DNA of 64,000 nucleotides from a virus (Duplodnaviria > Caudoviricetes), in IMG/VR virus record IMGVR_UViG_3300042558_004043; one strand, written 5' to 3'. Shown piece by piece: positions 1-9,387 of this stretch; position 1 is the stretch's first letter, and each line of letters opens with the position of its first letter. The notes beneath the pieces are model-generated. The model worked only from the letters and a program-made list of their open reading frames with translations. It was not told where the DNA came from and searched no databases. The position numbers were made by a program, and so were the translations under genes.

Positions 1-33
1 GTATTTATTAATATATTTGTAAAAAACAAACAC

Positions 34-723
34 ATGGATATTAGAAAATTTATTGATATGATTAAAGATTTGGAATCCAAGAATATTCAAATGGGTGCCG
101 ATGGTTTGATGGAAGCAATCAAATTAAACGGTATTAATAGTTCTTCCAAATTAAATGAATCTTCCCTTAATCGGATTTACTCACATATAATGGAACATGA
201 TTGCGCCGTTATAACCGCATTTCGTAAAGAACTTATAAACTGTTTTTCGAATGAAACCTCTGAAGAGTTAAAACTTCGTGATAACAAAAGTCGAAACAAA
301 GGTTTGAAGGCCGCTCTGTTATATTTAAAATATGCTCTTACAAAAGTTGAAGGTTCTTATATTGAAAATTATTTGGCCGATAATCAAAAAGAAGTTCTCG
401 AGGATAGTTATTTTGTTGTTAATCTTAAAGATGACCCAAAATTCATTGAGAATATAGTTAAACTCGGTGAGATTTTTTGTCAAGATAGTGTTATGATTAT
501 GGAAAAGGGTGGCGAAAATAATTATTTGGTCGGAACAAACTTCCATACGTTTCCTGGTTATGGAGAAACCCGTGAGCTTGGACATTTTAAACCCGCCATT
601 GAGGCTGAGTTTATGACAAAGGTTGGAGGTAGACCTTTTAGTCTTGAGTCATTTGATATGTTGCAAAACAACACAAAGTATCTTGTTAAGGAATATGCAA
701 AACCAATATTGAATTTATTGTAA
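34..723 (+). CDS. hypothetical phage protein
   Basis: 229-aa ORF, A-rich start context, no family recognised. Confidence 0.6.
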   Translation: MDIRKFIDMIKDLESKNIQMGADGLMEAIKLNGINSSSKLNESSLNRIYSHIMEHDCAVITAFRKELINCFSNETSEELKLRDNKSRNKGLKAALLYLKYALTKVEGSYIENYLADNQKEVLEDSYFVVNLKDDPKFIENIVKLGEIFCQDSVMIMEKGGENNYLVGTNFHTFPGYGETRELGHFKPAIEAEFMTKVGGRPFSLESFDMLQNNTKYLVKEYAKPILNLL

Positions 724-791
724 AAATTTTTCCCTTCGGGTTGTCAATCCCCCTACCCCCTTTTTTATTTTGAGTATATTTATCTTATATG
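721..791 (+). repeat. intergenic repeat copy 1 (about 70 bp, C-tract plus TATTTAT, ends at an ATG)
   Basis: aaaaatttt...tccccctacccccttttttattttgagtatatttatcttatATG, similar to 1069-1141 and 3426-3498. Confidence 0.75.
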
Positions 792-1064
792 GACTACATT
801 ATAAATTACTCACAACTTGAAGCACACATTCGTAGAAGATTTTCTATTGAAGACATAAATCAGATTATACGTTCAGTTAAGAAACAGATTGAATATGGTG
901 ATAGTGTGGACACGGCGGTGTATGATACAATCAGAGAATATATTGCATTAAGACGACCTAACCGTATTAATGACGAGGGGACCGAACAAGAATATTGGGA
1001 CTCTTATCTTAAATATGAAATCCCCCTTGTTGAATTTGTTAAACATGTTTTGGAATTAAAATAA
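789..1064 (+). CDS. hypothetical protein
   Basis: 91-aa ORF directly after TATTTAT motif. Confidence 0.65.
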   Translation: MDYIINYSQLEAHIRRRFSIEDINQIIRSVKKQIEYGDSVDTAVYDTIREYIALRRPNRINDEGTEQEYWDSYLKYEIPLVEFVKHVLELK

Positions 1065-1068
1065 TTCC

Positions 1069-1141
1069 TAAAATTTTTTTTCGTCGGTTCCCGATTCCCC
1101 CAACCCCCTTTTTTTAGTTCATATATATTTATCATTATATG
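1069..1141 (+). repeat. intergenic repeat copy 2
   Basis: aaaattttttttcgtcggttcccgattcccccaacccccttttttt...atatttatcattatATG. Confidence 0.8.
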
Positions 1142-1546
1142 AATTTCAAAATATCAAAATTACAATATGATTCAATAGTCAAAAAATTGTTTTCAACATT
1201 TATTGGGAACATTACTTTTGATAAACTTAGGATGAACCAACGTGATTATATTGAGTTATTTGATAAGAGTGGCGATAATTTTGCCGATATTTGGAAAAAT
1301 AAATCTAAAAGATGTAAAAAAAGTTTGAATCTTTATATTAATAAATCTGAATTGATGGAAAAATTTTCTCCTGTATTCAGAAAAAAAATGTTTGCAAAAT
1401 CTTTGATTAAATATGTTTATGAAAAAACAAATATTAAATGTGATTGTGTGACATTTGAATATAGTACAAAATATGTGTATAATGACGATGGAGAAGTAAT
1501 CGATATGACCTTCAAAAATTATGAGTATAAAAGAAAGAAAAAATAA
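1139..1546 (+). CDS. hypothetical protein
   Basis: 135-aa ORF after TATTTAT motif. Confidence 0.6.
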   Translation: MNFKISKLQYDSIVKKLFSTFIGNITFDKLRMNQRDYIELFDKSGDNFADIWKNKSKRCKKSLNLYINKSELMEKFSPVFRKKMFAKSLIKYVYEKTNIKCDCVTFEYSTKYVYNDDGEVIDMTFKNYEYKRKKK

Positions 1547-1604
1547 TCCTATATTGACATAGTAACTCATTTTGTTTATCATTATGAAAAATTAATTAAA
1601 CAAT

Positions 1605-2747
1605 ATGAAAAAAACATTATTTTCTTTTATCCTAACCGTATTGAGTATTTGTTCATTCGCTCAAAACACGGTTGTTGACATTATCGTTAACAGTACTGAA
1701 CATGACACATTGGAAGCTGCGGTAGTTGCTGCGGAACTTGCTGATGATTTATCGGGACCTGGTCCATTTACAGTTTTTGCTCCGACAGATGCGGCGTTCG
1801 CGGCACTTCCTTCTGGTACAATTGAAACCCTATTGACCGACCCAACTGGAACACTTGCTCAGATTTTATTGTATCACGTTGTTGGCGGTACAGCTCTCTC
1901 AACAGATTTGAGTGACGGTCAAACTATTACCACCTTGCTTGGTGAGGACATCACAGTTACAATCGGAATGAATGGTGTGATGATTAATAACGCGACGGTT
2001 GTTGTTGCCGACATCACGGCTACCAACGGAGTTGTTCACGTAATTAATGCCGTCCTTCTACCACCAGCTCCACAACCAACAACTACTGTTGTAGATGTAA
2101 TTGTTAATAGTGATGTTCACAATACACTTGAGGCGGCTGTTGTTGCGGCAGGTTTGGTGGAAACACTTAGTGGTACTGGACCATTCACCGTATTTGCACC
2201 AACTGATAACGCATTTGCGGCACTTCCTGCCGGTACAGTAGAGACCTTGCTTGCTGACCCAACAGGTACTCTCACACAGATTCTTCTTTATCACGTAGTG
2301 GGAGCTCAAGCTCTTTCAACTGACTTAACTAACGGACAGACTGTGGCGACACTACAGGGACAAACTGTAACAGTTACTATTAATGCTGATGGTGTATTCA
2401 TTAATAACGCTCAAGTTACAGTTGCTGACATTGTTACAGATAATGGTGTTATTCACGTAATTGACGCAGTTCTTTTACCACAACAACCAAGTTTTGTTTC
2501 AAATGGTGAAACAATCGGTAGTGTGGATGTTTATCCAAATCCGGCAAATGATATTCTAAACGTTTCAACAAATAATCAAGGTGTAATTGAGATTTACTCA
2601 TCTGAGGGTAAGTTGATTAGCACAACAAGTTATTCAGGTCCAAACACTGTGGTTAATGTAGAAGAATTGAGTAGAGGAAATTACATTGCCGTTGTTAGAG
2701 ATAATAACGGAACAGTTCAGTTGTCCAAATTCACAAAAAATATTTAA
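1605..2747 (+). CDS. secreted fasciclin (2x FAS1) protein with C-terminal T9SS type A sorting domain
   Basis: signal peptide; two FAS1 repeats (GPFTVFAPTDAAF...LLYHVV...NGVVHVINAVL); tail VYPNPANDILNV...IYSSEGKLI...GNYIAVV. Confidence 0.9.
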   Translation: MKKTLFSFILTVLSICSFAQNTVVDIIVNSTEHDTLEAAVVAAELADDLSGPGPFTVFAPTDAAFAALPSGTIETLLTDPTGTLAQILLYHVVGGTALSTDLSDGQTITTLLGEDITVTIGMNGVMINNATVVVADITATNGVVHVINAVLLPPAPQPTTTVVDVIVNSDVHNTLEAAVVAAGLVETLSGTGPFTVFAPTDNAFAALPAGTVETLLADPTGTLTQILLYHVVGAQALSTDLTNGQTVATLQGQTVTVTINADGVFINNAQVTVADIVTDNGVIHVIDAVLLPQQPSFVSNGETIGSVDVYPNPANDILNVSTNNQGVIEIYSSEGKLISTTSYSGPNTVVNVEELSRGNYIAVVRDNNGTVQLSKFTKNI

Positions 2748-2769
2748 TAATTAAATTATTATAATTTTT

Positions 2770-2796
2770 AACCCCTCCCACAAAGAGGGGTTTTTT
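2770..2796 (+). terminator. intrinsic terminator
   Basis: AACCCCTC-loop-GAGGGGTT followed by T-tract. Confidence 0.75.
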
Positions 2797-2826
2797 ATTT
2801 GAAAATTATTTCCTATATTTATTATT

Positions 2827-3258
2827 ATGGAAGAAGAGAATAATATTGGTTTAACCGCATGGGATAATTTAACCACAACAACTACTGGTGATTACTTAGT
2901 TGCGGGAGGTAGCATTTTATATAATTCATATACCACATATAGTTCTCCATATGATATGGATTTTAAACTACCTGATATTTTTTTAAAGGTTATTAAACTA
3001 ATGATTCCTGAAATTAAAAATGTCATTGTACGTAATTCTTCCTTGAATATAGATTCATTGAATCAAATCGGAGAATTAACAATTAACTTGTTTATTGTTT
3101 TGGATGAAACATCTTCTTGTGACAAGAACTACGAAGAAAGAATTCGTGATTTGTTTAGAATGTCATTTCCCGACATTGATTATGTTACGCTAAATGTTAA
3201 ACAATTTGATTCTAATAATAAAAAATTCTCTGAGATTCTTAGATTGTTTGTTAAATAA
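2827..3258 (+). CDS. hypothetical protein
   Basis: 143-aa ORF after TATTTAT. Confidence 0.6.
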   Translation: MEEENNIGLTAWDNLTTTTTGDYLVAGGSILYNSYTTYSSPYDMDFKLPDIFLKVIKLMIPEIKNVIVRNSSLNIDSLNQIGELTINLFIVLDETSSCDKNYEERIRDLFRMSFPDIDYVTLNVKQFDSNNKKFSEILRLFVK

Positions 3259-3428
3259 TGTTTTGGTTTCTATTTGGTTTTTTTATTCTAATTGCAGCTC
3301 TTATTGGGTTCGCGGCCGAATTCTTTGAACAGATGAAGACAAGTGAGTATGAGATTGTTCGAATCATCTATTGGATTTTTGTTGTCTGTATATGGGGGTC
3401 CATTCTTGTTTGGTTAATAAATTTCTAA
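3258..3428 (+). CDS. small two-TM membrane protein (56 aa, not in ORF track)
   Basis: MFWFLFGFFILIAALIGFAAEFF...IIYWIFVVCIWGSILVWLINF; start overlaps upstream stop (TAATG). Confidence 0.6.
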   Translation: MFWFLFGFFILIAALIGFAAEFFEQMKTSEYEIVRIIYWIFVVCIWGSILVWLINF

Positions 3429-3498
3429 AAATTTTTTTCGTCGGTTCCCGATTCCCCCCTACCCCCTTTTTTTGTTTTGAGTATATTTATATTATATG
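3426..3498 (+). repeat. intergenic repeat copy 3
   Basis: aaaaatttttttcgtcggttcccgattcccccctaccccctttttttgttttgagtatatttatattatATG. Confidence 0.8.
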
Positions 3499-4491
3499 AA
3501 AATTTTATTAACTGAAAATCAATTTGAATCTTTGATGAAAAGACATTCGGGTTTGATTAACGAATCATCCGATTGTGAAAAAGATTTGTTTGATAAAATC
3601 AATAACTGGAGACTTAAGGCGATTTTCAAGGACCCAATCAATAAGATTGTTAAACCCCACGCAAAAAAATGGGCCGAGAATAATGATAGAGAAAAATATG
3701 ATGAAGTTCTGACAATGATTGGCAAAAGTCAATCTGAGATTAATTCCATTTTGGATATGTCATTTGTTTATGATGAGGGTGGAAACTGGGATAGAATCAA
3801 TAAGTTGAATACCAACTATTCTGATACGGCAAGGCTCATCATTGATATCTTCAAAGACCAAGGAAAAAACTTGTGTGATGTATATAAAAATTTATCTGAT
3901 GGTAATAATTCTGATTTGACGAACGTTGCTCGTGATATGTCACTTAATCCCACAACATATTGGGATAACTATCTGTCGTTAAATCGTGAAAAGTATACCC
4001 AAAACAACAAGAGAAACTCTATGATGGGAGATACAACCGAAAAAATTGTTGTTGATTACCTATTGGGTAAAGGTTGGAAATTGGTCTATCAATCCAAAGA
4101 GGGAAGTCCAATTGATACCAAACTTTCAATCGATATCATTATGTTATCTCCTGATAACAAAATTGCAAAAATCCAAGTTAAAACCGTTGGAACAATCAAA
4201 CAGGTTGAATTTACTCCTTGTGAAAAAAATGATATTCCATTGACAAACAAAAAACAATCTGGTGGGTATAGCGTTTATACAAATGGAGGAATTATTTTAA
4301 GAGAAGCCGATATTAATCTTGTTGCTTATGTAACAATGTCAGGTAATCTTTTGATTCTTAGAAAATATTCTCCCGTTACGGTGTCAGGTAATAAGTGCGT
4401 GGATACTCCCGTTAGTCAATTCCCATCAAGTCCAAAGAAAGGATTATTTTTTGTGGACCACGAATCGGTTGTTTTCTCGAAAATCAAATAA
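3496..4491 (+). CDS. putative PD-(D/E)XK nuclease-fold protein with N-terminal leader
   Basis: GDTTEKIVVDYL...IDIIML...KIQVKT resembles E...PD...QxK; leader MKILLTENQFESLMK. Confidence 0.55.
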   Translation: MKILLTENQFESLMKRHSGLINESSDCEKDLFDKINNWRLKAIFKDPINKIVKPHAKKWAENNDREKYDEVLTMIGKSQSEINSILDMSFVYDEGGNWDRINKLNTNYSDTARLIIDIFKDQGKNLCDVYKNLSDGNNSDLTNVARDMSLNPTTYWDNYLSLNREKYTQNNKRNSMMGDTTEKIVVDYLLGKGWKLVYQSKEGSPIDTKLSIDIIMLSPDNKIAKIQVKTVGTIKQVEFTPCEKNDIPLTNKKQSGGYSVYTNGGIILREADINLVAYVTMSGNLLILRKYSPVTVSGNKCVDTPVSQFPSSPKKGLFFVDHESVVFSKIK

Positions 4492-4539
4492 GTTTATTTT
4501 TATTTGACAATCTGAAATTTCATTATTAATTTTAAAATT

Positions 4540-4737
4540 ATGAAATACATTATCTTAATTTTATTGGGAGTTGCAGTTGCAGTTTTTTCCTCCACTCATT
4601 TTTTAACTAAGAGAGAACCTGTTAAAAGTATCGATACAATTATCTGTAAAACAGAAGAGGGTTATGGAGAAGACATTGATACCGGAGAAAAATTCTTGGT
4701 AGTTAGAACAGTTTGTGATACAATTTATAAAAAATAA
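4540..4737 (+). CDS. small membrane-anchored protein
   Basis: hydrophobic N-terminus. Confidence 0.55.
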   Translation: MKYIILILLGVAVAVFSSTHFLTKREPVKSIDTIICKTEEGYGEDIDTGEKFLVVRTVCDTIYKK

Positions 4738-4743
4738 TTAAAT

Positions 4744-4950
4744 ATGAATATAGAATTTGAAACCCCCCACCTTGTGTTATGTATCAGAAATTACTATGGA
4801 ACAATGGAAGATGGTCGTGAATTTACCATAGTATCTCATAGTAACTATGGTAGTGTATGGATTGAAGATATTGAAACTGATGATGAATTAACAGAAGAAG
4901 AACTTGAAGAAATCAGAACAAGTTTCTATCAAAATGTGGATATTGGATAA
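4744..4950 (+). CDS. acidic hypothetical protein
   Basis: 68-aa ORF in tightly packed run. Confidence 0.55.
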   Translation: MNIEFETPHLVLCIRNYYGTMEDGREFTIVSHSNYGSVWIEDIETDDELTEEELEEIRTSFYQNVDIG

Positions 4951-4960
4951 AAAAAATAAT

Positions 4961-5299
4961 ATGAAAAAAGAAAAAGCAAAAATGGCTGTGCCAAAGAAAG
5001 AAAAAAAGTCAAAGGTATCTGAAAAAGTTGCGGTCGAAACCCCAAAAACAATTTCAGTTAAAATGGTTGAGTATTACAACACTATGGTTGTACGCGAACC
5101 AATTCAAATTAATGTTGCGGATTATCCTGAACTAAACGGGATGTCAGAAGAAGAAATGAAAGACTATATTAAAGATAATTGGTCTGACATGAAATCAACA
5201 AATGAAGAGTGGTACGATTCCCTTTATGACGAATGTATGCAATCGGATGTAATGAGAGAAAAGATTACAGGTGAAGAACAAGAATGTTATTTTGATTGA
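4961..5299 (+). CDS. hypothetical protein (start revised from 4904)
   Basis: ATG at 4961 after A-rich spacer avoids overlap. Confidence 0.6.
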   Translation: MKKEKAKMAVPKKEKKSKVSEKVAVETPKTISVKMVEYYNTMVVREPIQINVADYPELNGMSEEEMKDYIKDNWSDMKSTNEEWYDSLYDECMQSDVMREKITGEEQECYFD

Positions 5300-5315
5300 T
5301 AAATGATTAAAATTG

Positions 5316-5345
5316 AACCCCCACTCTTTTGAATGGGGGTTTTTT
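5316..5345 (+). terminator. intrinsic terminator
   Basis: AACCCCCA...TGGGGGTT plus T-tract. Confidence 0.7.
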
Positions 5346-5367
5346 ATTTTATAATATATTTATTAAT

Positions 5368-6603
5368 ATGTCAAAAAGATTTTTAATTTCCGAAGAGGAG
5401 AAAAAATATATCCTAAGTTTGTATGAACAACGAATTTCTGATTTACCCCAGAATCAACAAACTACAACACCAAAACCTAATTTGGGACAAACACCAAAGA
5501 CCAAAGATTTAAGGTCAACTTTGTCACCACAACAACAACAACAATATAAAGATATGACAAGGGGACAAAAGGATTTGTCAAAAGTGTATTATGGGGAGAT
5601 GAGTCCGGTTAACAAACCGGCAAACGTAGTCAAAAAAGTTAGATTAATATTTCCAAGTTCAAAATGGGAGGAGATTGGATTGTCTTTGTTAAAAAAATTT
5701 AAAATTTTTACAGGTTTCTTTAGGTCATTGGGAGAGGCGTTGAATATTGTAGATGGTATGGTCAAAAATGGAGTTAAAACAGAAGAATTGGTTATAGGTT
5801 CTCACGGAGGTGGGGAACAGTTATTGATAACACAAAAAGAAGGTTCTTTTAACTTTAACAATTCTTTTTTGGATAAAATAAAACAAATTGTAACCCCTAC
5901 CACCAAAGTTTTTTTTACCGCATGTTACGGTGCTGATTACTTAGAAGTGTTAAAAGATGCTGCAGAAAAATTGGGAGTTGGAGCTTACGCATCTTCAGGG
6001 GTGTATAATTATGTAACAAATGAATCTGAAAAAGGGTTTTACTATTGTTCCCCACAACCATATGAATTACCTGTAGGAGATAAAGTGGTGCAACCATTAA
6101 ATCCTACCGAAGAACAAAAAAAATATGGTGACATAAATATAAAATATTTGTCTAATGTTTATCCAAATGAGGTGACTTATACAATAAAAACTGACATATT
6201 TGGAGCACCTTTACAAATCACCAAAAAATTAAATTTTAAATCAACAAACTACGGAGGAAGTCATATACAAAAGGGTAAATTTGAAATTGATGGGTGGGTA
6301 AAACTAAAATATGATATTGAGGAATATATTGAGCGCATAAAAAACAATCCAGGTGAAAATAAAGATTCCGACACTTTATTTAATTCGTATAGAGCTTGGA
6401 TGAAAAAAACTCCTAATATGGATGAGTTTTTGGCTACCGAATTTATTAACGGAAAAATAAAAATATTTGTTAATAACATTGATGTCAAAACATTTAAACC
6501 TTTTAGTTTACCTAACCGTGTTGATAACGATTTCTTCTTGAGTAAAGGTTTGTGTAGAAAGGTGAATGGTTCTCCGGTTAGTTGGTTCGAGTCAGTCGAT
6601 TAA
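5368..6603 (+). CDS. leader-bearing protein with possible caspase/CHAT-like His-Cys domain
   Basis: leader MSKRFLISEEEKKYILSLYEQ; LVIGSHGG and VFFTACYG motifs; start revised from 5329. Confidence 0.5.
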   Translation: MSKRFLISEEEKKYILSLYEQRISDLPQNQQTTTPKPNLGQTPKTKDLRSTLSPQQQQQYKDMTRGQKDLSKVYYGEMSPVNKPANVVKKVRLIFPSSKWEEIGLSLLKKFKIFTGFFRSLGEALNIVDGMVKNGVKTEELVIGSHGGGEQLLITQKEGSFNFNNSFLDKIKQIVTPTTKVFFTACYGADYLEVLKDAAEKLGVGAYASSGVYNYVTNESEKGFYYCSPQPYELPVGDKVVQPLNPTEEQKKYGDINIKYLSNVYPNEVTYTIKTDIFGAPLQITKKLNFKSTNYGGSHIQKGKFEIDGWVKLKYDIEEYIERIKNNPGENKDSDTLFNSYRAWMKKTPNMDEFLATEFINGKIKIFVNNIDVKTFKPFSLPNRVDNDFFLSKGLCRKVNGSPVSWFESVD

Positions 6604-6617
6604 TATAAAAAAATAAT

Positions 6618-6929
6618 ATGAAAAGATTAATAATTACCGAAGAAGAAAAACATTATATAAAAAGTTTGTATGAACAAACAACAGGTACAACCAAACCTAT
6701 TGACCTTAATTATATTTTAGCTCAAAGTGAGTCTGGAAAAACAAATAATGATTTCTGTAAATCAAAAAATGGTTATGACGTATGTATGTTTGTCCAATCC
6801 TCAAACCCAAGAGTAATTCAAGGTAAGTATGATATTAGAAAAAATATTTTAACCAACTCAGGTTATAGTATGGTTGAAGAGGACAAAACAAAATCCGGTA
6901 TTATTACAAGTATTTGGAAAAAACAGTAG
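6618..6929 (+). CDS. leader-bearing hypothetical (putative virion) protein
   Basis: MKRLIITEEEKHYIKSLYEQ leader. Confidence 0.6.
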   Translation: MKRLIITEEEKHYIKSLYEQTTGTTKPIDLNYILAQSESGKTNNDFCKSKNGYDVCMFVQSSNPRVIQGKYDIRKNILTNSGYSMVEEDKTKSGIITSIWKKQ

Positions 6930-6972
6930 TTAGTTTTTCGTTTCCAAAAGTATTTATATACAAAAGATTATA

Positions 6973-7503
6973 ATGAGTAATATTGATTCGTATAAAGAAA
7001 GATTCTATGGTCTCATGGAATCAACAATGGGTGATGTAAGACCTTTAGTCGATGATTTGCCAAACAAAAAAGTAGTTAGCGAAGGTATATTAACATTAAT
7101 AGGTGGGATGTTTATTTCTGCAGCAATAACCGGAATTTATAAATGGATATCAAATTATAAACTTAAATCTAGAATGATAGAAACCGGACAAATTAAAAAA
7201 TCACAAGACGAAAAAATTGTAATGAAACAATATAAAGATAAAAAAGATGACTCAATATATTGGGGAGTTGATTTTACTGATAGTACACAGGACGAAGGGT
7301 GGGAAGATAGAAAAATATTATTATTTAAAGGAGATGACCCACGTAGAGTTGAAAGAATTATTAAATCTTACGAGGTTGACCCTGAAAAGTTTTTTAATTA
7401 CACTGATGAAGATAAAATGAGTGATAACTGGTCTAAAAGATTTGGACCAAATGTGGCCGACCTGAAAATTGATGTCTCAACAAGAAAACTATCTGATAAG
7501 TAA
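6973..7503 (+). CDS. hypothetical protein with one hydrophobic segment
   Basis: after TATTTAT; SEGILTLIGGMFISAAITGIY. Confidence 0.6.
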   Translation: MSNIDSYKERFYGLMESTMGDVRPLVDDLPNKKVVSEGILTLIGGMFISAAITGIYKWISNYKLKSRMIETGQIKKSQDEKIVMKQYKDKKDDSIYWGVDFTDSTQDEGWEDRKILLFKGDDPRRVERIIKSYEVDPEKFFNYTDEDKMSDNWSKRFGPNVADLKIDVSTRKLSDK

Positions 7504-7504
7504 T

Positions 7505-8992
7505 TTATATACCTAAAATAGCGGAACCAGATTGTTTTATAGGCTCAACTCTTCTAGAAATCATTTCACCTGGGTTTCTACCACGAGAAATTTCCGTACC
7601 TATATCAACGGAACTTAATCCTTGAGATATTTTTGCACTTGATTTACCCAACTTTCTTGCATTAAGTTGTAATGCGTATAAATCACCAATATGAGTACCA
7701 AATTTAGAATCCACTATTTTTAAGGCTTCTTCAGTTGGTTTTTCTTTTAAATTATCTTCGGCATATTTTTCGGCCGCCTTTAATTCAGATTGACTAATTG
7801 TTTTACCAACCCATTTTTCAATTTGTTGGGGGGCAACACTTTGTAGTTCCCTAAATATAGTAACATCAAACGGTTTAGTCATAAATTCAGCAATTTTAAG
7901 AGACCCTCTTGAAACCGAACCAGCAAACGAACCCATAGCCTCTCCTGTCCATTTTGATAATTCACTTACAGTGTTGTTAAAAAGATTTTTAATATTAACA
8001 ACGTGTTTGGAAACCCACCCAATACCCATTTTAGATTTCATAAAAGTTGACGCTTCACCTAACCATTTACTAAGAAGTGATGCTCCATTTTTTATTGTTC
8101 CTATGACTGGTTTAATATATTTTCCGGCGGCTCCTTCCATTAACATTTTTATCGCATTACCAGCACCAGTTGTTGCTTTACCAATAAATCCTTTAAGTAC
8201 TCCGCTTAAACTTCCTGCGGTAACCAAACAAATAATATCTATTATTAAATTAAATAAGGAGGAGGCAGAACCATTTTCAAAATATTGATACGCATCATAA
8301 AGAGTTAAAATACCCCAAGCAACATCATTAACAATTGCACCTACCCCTGTAAATGCTAAAATTGTTTGTACCGCAACCCCGCCTAAACTAAATAACGCGG
8401 ACCTCAATCCCTCCATTATTGCCGAGATACCATTTTGATTTATATAATTAACCGCATTTTTTAGGTAATCAACGATAGTTGTTGATTGGTCTTTTTTATA
8501 TAATGGTTGAGTTTTTTTATAATCAGCATAGGTCTGTTGTCCTGGTTTTGCTTGAGTAAAATTTGGTTTAGGTCCTGTGTAAGTTTGTTGGTTTTGTGGT
8601 AAATCAGATATTCTTTGTTCCTGTAATAACTTATATTTTTTTTTAACCCATTTTAACGGATTAAAATTTGAGTCTTCCCTTAAAACACCAATTTTTTGGC
8701 ACATTGATAAAAATAAAAAGTCATTGAACTTATTTATCTCATCACGAATATCAAATTTACTTTCTGATAAAATCCTTTTAGGAAATATCTCTTTATATGA
8801 CTCAACAATAACTTCATTATTATCAAATAAATCATTTATTTGTTCCTTTTGTATTTTTTTAATATATGGTAATTTTTCAGTTTGGTGTAAAGATTCTGTA
8901 ATGGATACAAAAACTTTTTTTTGAAATTCTAATTGATTATAGAATTCAATTAGTAAATTTTTTACTTCGGAAATATATAATTCTTTGGTCAT
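7505..8992 (-). CDS. large Gly/Ala-rich protein with hydrophobic hairpin (putative virion/ejection protein)
   Basis: start revised from 9037 to MTKELYISE; hydrophobic LFSLGGVAVQTILAFTGVGAIV and LFNLIIDIICLVTAG. Confidence 0.55.
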   Translation of the reverse strand: MTKELYISEVKNLLIEFYNQLEFQKKVFVSITESLHQTEKLPYIKKIQKEQINDLFDNNEVIVESYKEIFPKRILSESKFDIRDEINKFNDFLFLSMCQKIGVLREDSNFNPLKWVKKKYKLLQEQRISDLPQNQQTYTGPKPNFTQAKPGQQTYADYKKTQPLYKKDQSTTIVDYLKNAVNYINQNGISAIMEGLRSALFSLGGVAVQTILAFTGVGAIVNDVAWGILTLYDAYQYFENGSASSLFNLIIDIICLVTAGSLSGVLKGFIGKATTGAGNAIKMLMEGAAGKYIKPVIGTIKNGASLLSKWLGEASTFMKSKMGIGWVSKHVVNIKNLFNNTVSELSKWTGEAMGSFAGSVSRGSLKIAEFMTKPFDVTIFRELQSVAPQQIEKWVGKTISQSELKAAEKYAEDNLKEKPTEEALKIVDSKFGTHIGDLYALQLNARKLGKSSAKISQGLSSVDIGTEISRGRNPGEMISRRVEPIKQSGSAILGI

Positions 8993-9077
8993 GGATATAT
9001 TTATATATAATATTATAAATATATCTTTATTAAACAATTTAGTTAAATTAGATATTTATTAATAAAAAAATATCATC

Positions 9078-9386
9078 ATGAAAAAAGTTATAAAACTAAC
9101 CGAAGAAGATTTAACCAAAATTATTGAAAGGGTTATTTCTGAAGCTAAGGAAGAAGAAAAATACGAAAAAGGTCCATCAGGAATGAGAGCCGCTCGCTCT
9201 AAGGCCGACTACACTCCAACCCCAAAAGAATCAGATATTATGTCTGACTTGTTTGGTAAGTACAAGGATGATATTCCACCAATCGTCGTTAGATACTTAA
9301 GAAAGTTGGGTAAGGAAACTCTAACTAAGAGACTTATGAAGTTAGGTATGATAGATAAAACAATAATCGGTAAAGAAGAAGAATAA
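9078..9386 (+). CDS. leader-bearing hypothetical protein
   Basis: MKKVIKLTEEDLTKIIERVISE; TATTTAT at 9053. Confidence 0.65.
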   Translation: MKKVIKLTEEDLTKIIERVISEAKEEEKYEKGPSGMRAARSKADYTPTPKESDIMSDLFGKYKDDIPPIVVRYLRKLGKETLTKRLMKLGMIDKTIIGKEEE

Positions 9387-9387
9387 T

